Shown here: piece by piece, positions 9,520 through 17,050 of the stretch
Position numbering within the stretch: position 1 is the stretch's first letter
Layout of the letters: every line of letters begins with the position of its first letter
Assembly (NCBI GenBank): GCA_001275005.1
Contig: JWZX01003249.1
Span: forward strand, 45,721-65,720
Length of the DNA: 20,000 nt
Direction: 5' to 3'
DNA from: Chrysochromulina tobinii
Taxonomy: Eukaryota
Program-made: the position numbers and the translations under genes
Notes under the pieces: model-generated
Databases searched by the model: none
Told to the model about the DNA's origin: nothing
Seen by the model: only the letters and a program-made list of their open reading frames with translations

Positions 9520-12500
9520 GGAGTTTAGGACTTCGCGTCAGTACTGAACCTGGTTCAGAACATTGAATGTTCATTCTGTTTCACACCTTGCGCCTCCCTC
9601 GTTGTGCCTCCACGGGGCCTGTGGGTTTTTAGAGTTAAGGACTTCACCGTACAGTACTCTTCGCGTCCAGTATACCACACGGTTCGTAGGACCGGCTGTC
9701 GCGTCTGTCGTGTTAACGTTCACGGTTCCACAAGGAGGGATGAAGCGGGCGCCGTCGCGGCCTTTTTTTTGTGCCGAACTCCCCACCCCCCCTACGTGTG
9801 GCACCCATCGAGAGGGTGCATAGACGGTTCCAGACATGTGTCTGCGGTCGCGGGGCATGCAAATCTCATTCCATAATGAGTTGCGTCAGTTTTCAGTTTT
9901 TTTTGCGCGTGCCATGACGTCGCGCGACTGCTTCTACTGCGGCAAGCGAGTCGCTGCGGGCAAATCTTGCAGTGTGCTGTTCCTCGACGGTCGGGGGTAT
10001 CCCCCGAGCGACACCGAGATCATCCAGTACGCGCAGCTCTGCGATACTAGCGATCCAACCATCAAACATGATGCAGGCCATGCAGCGCTTCGGCGCGGCA
10101 TTTCCGATATCGCGTGCAACTCTTTTGCGTGCTATCGCCTGCTCAAGGACGTCAACAACTACGTCACGATCAACGTGCGCGTCACGCGCTCTATTGGGGA
10201 AGCCTCAACCTCCACACCAATCCTTCCAGCGCATCGCAAGGTGCCTTCCGCCGCAGAGAAGGCTGCTGCACTCGAAGAGCCTGCAAGGTTCTATCCGCTT
10301 GGTCCGCGAGGTGGTATCTCACATCGAGAGGTGACGCTCATTCACAATAGCGCGCTCGAGCCCACCGAGCTGCACTCGCTTGGCGCAGCGCCGCAGCAAG
10401 AGGAGCAGTCATCTCCTCCTTCATCGCGTCCATGGACTCCGTCACCGCATACGACTGATGTTGATGTCGAGGCGCTGATGAGCTGCGATGATCCTAGCGC
10501 TCAACTACTCGAGACAGTGCTGTCCGGGACCGGGAGGCGCAAGGAGCTCTCGAAGTACCGTCCGACGAGCACACTCTCGGCTGCGCAAGCACAGAACCGT
10601 GCAGTCCATCTGGGCTCAGAGCTGCACAGCACCGTAAAAGAGTTGGATCGCGTTCGCTTTCAATATGACAAGGCAAGTGCGGAGCGTAAGGTGCTCAAGC
10701 AAGATGCCGGTCGGGCTGAGCTCCTCCATACGGAGCTCGAGCGGGAGCTTGCAAGATCGAAGCAGGAGCTGAGTATTGCCTCGTCGCGTCTGGAGATCTT
10801 CGAGCAAGCTGCTGCTGTACTTGCGGATGCCGGCCTGGGCGACATCCCCGAGCGCTTTGCAGCTGGTGTTCTGTCCTCTGCCATCGACACATCATCCGTC
10901 TTTGCCCGCTTCCTGGACGATCAGATGCAGAACGTGTTTCACAGCACGTCTTACACGCATCGCTTCAAGGATGACGTGAAGACATGGCTCGCTGCAGCCC
11001 TCGCCCAGCCAAGCACAGCCAGAGCCTTTGAGACGCTTGCAGGCAACCCAAAGCGACGCTCGCAGATGGGCCTGATGTTGCCAACGGCGCGTACGCTGCG
11101 CGACCTCTATAAGACCGAGAGCGCGGCGAGTGCGTCTGGCAAGGACTTTATGGGATTTGTCATCCCTGAGCAGGTTAAGGCATTCCTCAAATACATGAGA
11201 GAGGTGCGACGGATCGAGTGGATCACGGCCGAATTCTACGCGGTGCGGGCGGCAAGAGATGCGCTGCTTGAGGAAGCGGACCCTGAACTCCTCGGTCAAC
11301 GTGTTGCACACGATGTCACGGAGCTTGCCCTTTCAGTTGTGTATGGTCAGCAGCATGTCCAAGACGTTCCGCTCAACGTCAAGGACATGGAGGACGAGAT
11401 TGATGCGGCGTCCGAGGAGATCGTCACATCTCTGTGCATTGCGTTGTCGATGCTCGGGCCCACTTCGCGGCCGCTGCTGCCTGTGACGGGGGAGCTTGAT
11501 GCCGAAACGTGCATGGAGCTGACTGAAGCAGCAAATGCTGCAAACGTCCCGTCAATTGCAGTGCTCGCCGCCGCCAAGGCGCTCCGGCGCGCAAAGCCGA
11601 GCGTCTCGCCAACGGTGTTGTCCGCGCTCGGGTTCGATGAGACAGACATCGATCCGATGCTCTACATCAGCAAGGACGGCAAGTACACCTTTGGCGGCGA
11701 TGTCAACCTGTCCGTGATCAACGAGGACGATCCAGCTCCTTTACAATTGCAATTTCGGAAGCTCATGCAGTCGCTTGACGATACAATATGCAGCGGGAAG
11801 GATGGCAAAGGTGGATTGCAGGCTGCAATCGACGAGCTTGCTGCTGGTGTAGGACAGCTGCGAGATGCCGTGCGCGCTGCAGAGGCTGAGAGAGACGCTC
11901 GGGCCGCAACGTACCGGAGGCGCAACGACAAGATCGCGAACGGTACGACCGTGAAGAAGCGTGCAGCGAGGAAGAGGAAACCCGCGGCAGGTGTCGCCGC
12001 CGACGCTGGTGGCGACGCTTCTGGTACCGCAGTCGCCGTCGCCGATGCCAACAACGAACTTGAGACTGATGAAGGCGATGCACTTCGTGACCAGCAGGGG
12101 ATGGCCGCCATCGAGGGCCAGGAAACGCGGGCGGCTGCTGAGCTTTTGAAGCGACGCCTCGTAACGAGAATATTTGAAGATGCTTCGGAAGAGACTGGAT
12201 TTGTCGCGGAGGTGCTGCCGGAGGACAGCGACTACCCAAACCAGATCTGGTTCAAGATTGAATACATCGGCACCGACGTTCAGAACTTCGATGAACTGCC
12301 CTGGCGACATTACGATGATCAGTCAGGCGAGATATATCTTCGGGATATTCTTGTGCCCATGTCCGCCTACGCCTCAGAAGACCTCTTGACCAGACTTGCT
12401 CAGCCTGCGCTACTGGCAGAGGCACGGGCGCGTGGGCTGAGGGGAGGCAAGACTACCAAACCAGAGCTTGCTCGAAAACTCTTCAGTAAGTTTCAGGAGC

Positions 12501-15500
12501 TCAAAGCAGCTGCAGCCGTGTGCGACCGAATCGACGTCGCTGTGTTAAACGGCGACCTCACCGTCGCTCAAGCGCAGGATCTTCGCGATGCAATCATCGA
12601 GGACCAGCAAGCTGAGCAGCTTGGAGCCGGTCAGGCCGCTGCAGGAACTGGCGAGGCAGACGATGTTATCATGCAAGAAGCTGATCCAGGGGCCCCTGGC
12701 CCGTCTCCCGAGGAAGCCGAGAACGCGAACATGCAGTCCGACCTGGAGGCCGTCTTCAAATCGAAGCAGGTCACCGAACTGGTTGCTAAACAGGCGGTCA
12801 TTGACGCAGCTATTCGCCGCTTGCGCACTGTGACCGAGTTTCTTGTCGACGCTCGCAATGCGGGTTACTATGTCGATGCTCTTGTGCTTGACGAGCAGCG
12901 TGGCGAGGATGATCCCGGTGATTCAGACTCCGATGCATTGGGACTGTACATTGCCAATCGAGCGATAGAAGCTGGCCTGCGAGGCGGGTGGCCGCAGCCG
13001 GTTGTGAGTGCTGATACCCTCATCGGCTTGGCTACACGTGCGCGCATTCTCATCGCGGAGGTCTTTGAGGGCCGACGGAAGCCTGCGAACAAGATACTCG
13101 GTTTCATGCTCAAGGACCTCAAGCATCTCGTGTCCGTGCACATCGCGACCTTTGCCGTTGACTCTAAGATGACCTCGGCAACGCTGGATGCACTCGTGGA
13201 GTATGTGCTGACCGAGTTGGCTTCGATCTCCAACGGGGAGATCAACAACGTGCTGGAGACGTGCGACGGCGCGCAAACCAATCTCATCCGAGAGTGCCGA
13301 GCATCTAAGCGTACTTCTCCCCACCACGTGATGCCAGGCTCGGCAGTGCCGTCCCCCGTGGACAACGACTTGAACCCGCCGAATTCGCTACGGGAGGCTT
13401 CTATTGAGACAAACGACGCCGTCGAACGCTGGAAGCGTTCGACGGAAGTAGCCTTGCACGAGCAGTTTGAACGGTCGAATGATCCGCAACTGATCAAAAG
13501 CGGGAACAATAAGGGCGCGCGATCGTCAGCGACCAAGCCATTTATCCGGGCCATGAAGCTGAAGGTGGCAGAGGCTTGGACAAGTGTGGCTCTGCCGACA
13601 CCCCCGGGCCGATTTCCAAATCTCTTCGGTTGGCTACAATGCCGTCCGGCCGTCTCCGGATCAACGGCCGTCCAAGGTGCCGGCGAGGGCCGCGGCGGCA
13701 AGGGCGGCGGCGAGGGTGAAAGCGACGATTCTTACATGAAGCCCACCACCAACACACAGAACACCACAGCCGAGGCGGCCTCTGCAGAGGCCTGGAGATC
13801 ACGTGTGCTGGCTAAGGAGCGAGCGGGTGCTCGGGATCCGACAGCAGCTGCTCTACGGGGCTCAAGTTTCGTTAACTTGGATGATATTCAAGACCCGTCG
13901 ATGCGTCGCCTCTTCAATAACATGGCAAAGCTCCGGCCAGCAAAAGAGCCACGGCCAGTGCAGGCCAAGGCGGCTCAGCGAAGGTCTGCCGCTGCCGCCG
14001 CTACTGCCGCCGCCGGGCTTGGTCCGCTACTGCCGCCCGTGTCGAGCAGCGACGTGCTCTTGGAGCCGATGCCTGTCATGCCTACCAAGGCATTGCGCGG
14101 AGAGACTCTAGCATGGTCGGTGCTAGCATCAAATTGCTGCAGCTCCAGCATGGACGTTGACACAGCTGAGCCTGCCACTGCCCCCTTGGCCCCGTTCAAA
14201 TCGGTTACGCTAAAGCTGAATGGTTGCCCGCCTCAGACGCATGTGCCGCCGGTCGTCATGACCACATGTGCTCAACAGCTTCTAGCTGAAGATCTCTGGG
14301 ATGCAGTGGATGACCCTGCAGTGAGTGTCGCTGATATGCTTGCCGAGCTTCGACTCGCTCTTCACGACCGTGTTCGATGGGAGCTTGGGAAGTGGCACTG
14401 CATAGACCTCACCAACTCGGTGCTGGTCCGAAAGGGCTACTGGCTCTACCAGTGCCCGCCGCACAAGTACAAGCGAATCGGCCATGGCATCAAGGCGATG
14501 ATCGAGCAGGGCGAGAAGACAGGCTCGGAGCTGCCTGAGGCTGCCAACCAGTTTTCATCCGCTCGCCTCCTGCGAGTCGTGCGTGAGCTGGCGAGGGATG
14601 CACAAACAGGCGACGAGCAAAAGCGCTGGGCGGCCATTGACTCCGTCCTCACAGGGGGCTCCGACATGCACTCGCAGTCCGCGCACGTCTTCTTGCTCAT
14701 TTGCCCCCAGCTGCTCGAGGAGCTCGATAAACGTCCTGAGTGCATGCCGGAGCATACGGTACTCTACGCCCTTGGGATGGCGTGGCTAGCATGGGACATG
14801 AAGCACCTGACCGATCTCGAGCGCACACGGCGGATCGAGCTCGTGGAGGCGCTCCTCGTGTACAACCTCGGTGGTGAGCAGCTCTTCATGCCCTTCAAGG
14901 AGGAAAGTACCAAGCAGGGGACGCTTCGTGGCGTGCTGTCTTTGCACATGGGCCTCTGGAGCATGCAGAACATGCTCGCGCTGCTCCAGAATGCTGCTGC
15001 GCGGCGGCAATTTCGAGAGCAGTTCCCACTCGAGATCTTCGTCGAGAGAGTCGCGTCGAACAATGACATTGAGACGTATTGGTCGCTGATAGCTGGACAG
15101 ATTGGATACAAGCCACGCCTCATGGAGCTGCAAAAGATCGCCGCCAAGAACGACTTCCTGATGAGGACGCTCTTCGACCCGACCCGTAGATTCTACATGC
15201 GCTTGTCCAAGAAGAAGATGTATGACCCGGTCGAGTACTTCACCCCCTCAGCGCTGTTGGAGTGGAACGATGGCTGCGCTCTCGACATGATGTCGCCCGA
15301 GTGCCAACAGTACCTGCGCGGCGTCGCTCTGCGTGCGATTGCCTCAAGCAGAGGCTCTGTGTCGACCGTCAGGAGTCAAAACACCGTGAGAAGTAACGAT
15401 CGCAGGAATGCGTTCCGCAACATATCGGGTCCGGACATATCGTAGTTAATTGACCGGGTAGGTCTAGGTTGCAGCGCGCGTGCCCCTCAGACTGTGTGTG

Positions 15501-15706
15501 TCAATCGTCGGGCCTCGTCATCGCGCGTACTGTATATTCTACTTTCTAGAGACTAGACGTCCCGCGGCCGGCTCGCTGTGGCTCGAGCTCGCGCGGAATT
15601 CCGTGTTTGCATGTGTGTCTTAATGGCGCAGTGTCGGTAATTGATTCTGAACGCCGCTCTACCGTAGTACGTCTGTCTATCTTAAAAATTTCTTTATACA
15701 TAGATA
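9520..15706 (+). mobile_element. Putative P-like DNA transposon; boundaries are approximate and no TIR/TSD was identified
   Basis: It contains the transposase-like ORF. The left limit is set by the neighbouring gene start (9439) and a cluster of repeats and palindromes. The right limit is suggested by the abrupt truncation of the SET fragment at ~15707. Confidence 0.4.
9914..15445 (+). CDS. Very large P-element/THAP9-superfamily DDE transposase-like protein (1843 aa from gccATG at 9914)
   Basis: Motifs in P-transposase order, numbered on the 1869-aa track ORF: coiled coil (~260-325); HTH-like HRFKDDVKTW..ARAFETL..LPTARTLR; LGFDETDIDPMLY..GDVNL (D601); ANKILGFMLKDL..VHIATF..MTSATL..ETCDGAQTN (D1144); CPPHKYKRI (C1540/H1543); SNNDIETYWSLI (E1746). 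No introns. By eye it has more A/T-ending codons than IFT122. Confidence 0.78.
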   Translation: MTSRDCFYCGKRVAAGKSCSVLFLDGRGYPPSDTEIIQYAQLCDTSDPTIKHDAGHAALRRGISDIACNSFACYRLLKDVNNYVTINVRVTRSIGEASTSTPILPAHRKVPSAAEKAAALEEPARFYPLGPRGGISHREVTLIHNSALEPTELHSLGAAPQQEEQSSPPSSRPWTPSPHTTDVDVEALMSCDDPSAQLLETVLSGTGRRKELSKYRPTSTLSAAQAQNRAVHLGSELHSTVKELDRVRFQYDKASAERKVLKQDAGRAELLHTELERELARSKQELSIASSRLEIFEQAAAVLADAGLGDIPERFAAGVLSSAIDTSSVFARFLDDQMQNVFHSTSYTHRFKDDVKTWLAAALAQPSTARAFETLAGNPKRRSQMGLMLPTARTLRDLYKTESAASASGKDFMGFVIPEQVKAFLKYMREVRRIEWITAEFYAVRAARDALLEEADPELLGQRVAHDVTELALSVVYGQQHVQDVPLNVKDMEDEIDAASEEIVTSLCIALSMLGPTSRPLLPVTGELDAETCMELTEAANAANVPSIAVLAAAKALRRAKPSVSPTVLSALGFDETDIDPMLYISKDGKYTFGGDVNLSVINEDDPAPLQLQFRKLMQSLDDTICSGKDGKGGLQAAIDELAAGVGQLRDAVRAAEAERDARAATYRRRNDKIANGTTVKKRAARKRKPAAGVAADAGGDASGTAVAVADANNELETDEGDALRDQQGMAAIEGQETRAAAELLKRRLVTRIFEDASEETGFVAEVLPEDSDYPNQIWFKIEYIGTDVQNFDELPWRHYDDQSGEIYLRDILVPMSAYASEDLLTRLAQPALLAEARARGLRGGKTTKPELARKLFSKFQELKAAAAVCDRIDVAVLNGDLTVAQAQDLRDAIIEDQQAEQLGAGQAAAGTGEADDVIMQEADPGAPGPSPEEAENANMQSDLEAVFKSKQVTELVAKQAVIDAAIRRLRTVTEFLVDARNAGYYVDALVLDEQRGEDDPGDSDSDALGLYIANRAIEAGLRGGWPQPVVSADTLIGLATRARILIAEVFEGRRKPANKILGFMLKDLKHLVSVHIATFAVDSKMTSATLDALVEYVLTELASISNGEINNVLETCDGAQTNLIRECRASKRTSPHHVMPGSAVPSPVDNDLNPPNSLREASIETNDAVERWKRSTEVALHEQFERSNDPQLIKSGNNKGARSSATKPFIRAMKLKVAEAWTSVALPTPPGRFPNLFGWLQCRPAVSGSTAVQGAGEGRGGKGGGEGESDDSYMKPTTNTQNTTAEAASAEAWRSRVLAKERAGARDPTAAALRGSSFVNLDDIQDPSMRRLFNNMAKLRPAKEPRPVQAKAAQRRSAAAAATAAAGLGPLLPPVSSSDVLLEPMPVMPTKALRGETLAWSVLASNCCSSSMDVDTAEPATAPLAPFKSVTLKLNGCPPQTHVPPVVMTTCAQQLLAEDLWDAVDDPAVSVADMLAELRLALHDRVRWELGKWHCIDLTNSVLVRKGYWLYQCPPHKYKRIGHGIKAMIEQGEKTGSELPEAANQFSSARLLRVVRELARDAQTGDEQKRWAAIDSVLTGGSDMHSQSAHVFLLICPQLLEELDKRPECMPEHTVLYALGMAWLAWDMKHLTDLERTRRIELVEALLVYNLGGEQLFMPFKEESTKQGTLRGVLSLHMGLWSMQNMLALLQNAAARRQFREQFPLEIFVERVASNNDIETYWSLIAGQIGYKPRLMELQKIAAKNDFLMRTLFDPTRRFYMRLSKKKMYDPVEYFTPSALLEWNDGCALDMMSPECQQYLRGVALRAIASSRGSVSTVRSQNTVRSNDRRNAFRNISGPDIS

Positions 15707-15710
15707 GGAG

Positions 15711-15887
15711 GGCAATCAGACGTCATCAGGCTGCGCGAGATCGACATACCCAATCGTCACCGCCTCGCCCGGATCGAGTGGGCGCAACGCGCGCAGCACC
15801 AGCGTCGTGCCCTCAAAGTAATGCACCTGATGAGGGGGGCAATCAGACGTCATCAGAGTGAGGAGGGAGGCAATCAGACGTCATCAG
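15711..15887. repeat. Three copies of the 19-bp module ggcaatcagacgtcatcag
   Basis: Exact copies at 15711-15729, 15838-15856 and 15869-15887. Confidence 0.9.
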
Positions 15888-16050
15888 CGTCGTGCCCTCA
15901 AAGCAATGCATCGCTGACGGGCTACAGTCATGATTCTTAAGTGCAGCAAGCGGGTAGAGGCCCAGCCCGAGCGGCTGCAGTTCGTCATCGCTCAGCGTGT
16001 GCCCATTGCAAGCGAGCGTCGCCAGCGACCGCGTCGCGAGCTTCGGCGGC
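15730..16050 (-). pseudogene. Fragment of a SMYD-type SET-domain lysine methyltransferase
   Basis: LATLACNGHTLSDDELQPLGLGLYPLAALKNHDCSPSAMHCFEGTTL (to 15885) is followed, after a CAG acceptor at 15827-15829, by VHYFEGTTLVLRALRPLDPGEAVTIGYVDLAQP (15826-15730). These carry the NHxCxP and GExVTIxY SET motifs. No N-terminal SET/MYND part, no post-SET region, and no GT at the expected donor (GCG|ATGCAT at 15911). Confidence 0.75.
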
Positions 16051-16632
16051 GGCGCCGGCCCGCCGTCCGACGCGCGCACCATCACCACTGGCCGCCGCGA
16101 CAACTTCCCACACACACGACAGGTCGAGCGGCTGCAACGTGAGCGCCGCTCCCAGCCACTTCATCACGAACGAGTAGAACTGATCGCCGGCGACCTCGTC
16201 AAAAAGGGTTGGAGACACGGAGCTTCTCACGCAGGTAGTAGAGCGAATCCGCACGCACCATGTACTCGTGCCACCTGTACGATGCGCCGATCACGAAGGA
16301 CGAACGAGCAGCGTGTAAGAGAGAGAGCGCGCGTGAACAGCACGGATCGGCAGCGAGAGTGTTCGGTAGCAGCTACTGAACCGCCGCAGCAAGCACTCCG
16401 TTGAGGAGCCTGAGAGCAGCGGATGGCGTGCGGGACGGCGTGGACACACAGATGCCACAAGGCACGCACAGAAGCGCGATCGGGGCGCTCGCAGGGCTGG
16501 CAAACGTGTATCCAAGGTAGGTGAGGACAGCCCGATGTCAAACGAAGCATGCGCGCGCGCCCATTAGCCTGCGCGGCGGCCGAATGGCGTCTGGTCGGCC
16601 TCCTGGAGTAGCTCAGAGTACAATGCCCATGT

Positions 16633-16743
16633 GAGGTCGAGAAACAACATGCGCTAGGTAGCGGTCATGATGCCCGCCAAGTCCATGGGTGGTACGAGCC
16701 GCCTCAAGTGTCGGCTACCTAGCGCATGTTGTTTCTTGACCTC
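16633..16743. repeat. Long inverted repeat/hairpin, 30-bp arms
   Basis: gaggtcgagaaacaacatgcgctaggtagc (16633-16662) pairs with gctacctagcgcatgttgtttcttgacctc (16714-16743), 29/30, with a 51-nt spacer. Confidence 0.9.
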
Positions 16744-17050
16744 TCCAGGTTCCGGACAGTCGGCATTCGGTCGCAAAAGACGCCCATCGTGGCGCTTCGA
16801 CCCTCTCGGCCTGACAGTTGGTCAAGGCGGGACGCGCTGTTCATGCACATGAATTCACACTGTTCACACAACACGTAACTTCCCTAGTCTTCTACTAGAC
16901 TACTAATTCGTCCACAGTCACGGCTCTTAACACACGCCTACCCCACTGAAAGCGCTCACGAGGCGGCGCGCATGTTAGATGTTTACGGAGATCGGAGATC
17001 TCGAGCGGAGTGTAGGGCGCCTAGTGCAACTGCAAGCGGGCTGGCGCGTC

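Noticed and set aside
9836..9913. Upstream ATG extension of the large ORF
   Set aside because: It crosses a T-rich, UTR-like stretch. gccATG at 9914 directly precedes the Cys motif and is the more plausible start, though unproven.
9817..15610. Candidate TIR pair, 9817-9855 against 15561-15610
   Set aside because: It needs gaps and several mismatches and has no flanking TSD, so it is too weak to call.
15985..16550. Short minus-strand ORFs upstream of the SET fragment
   Set aside because: No recognisable MYND/SET or other motifs, and I could not join them into a gene model.
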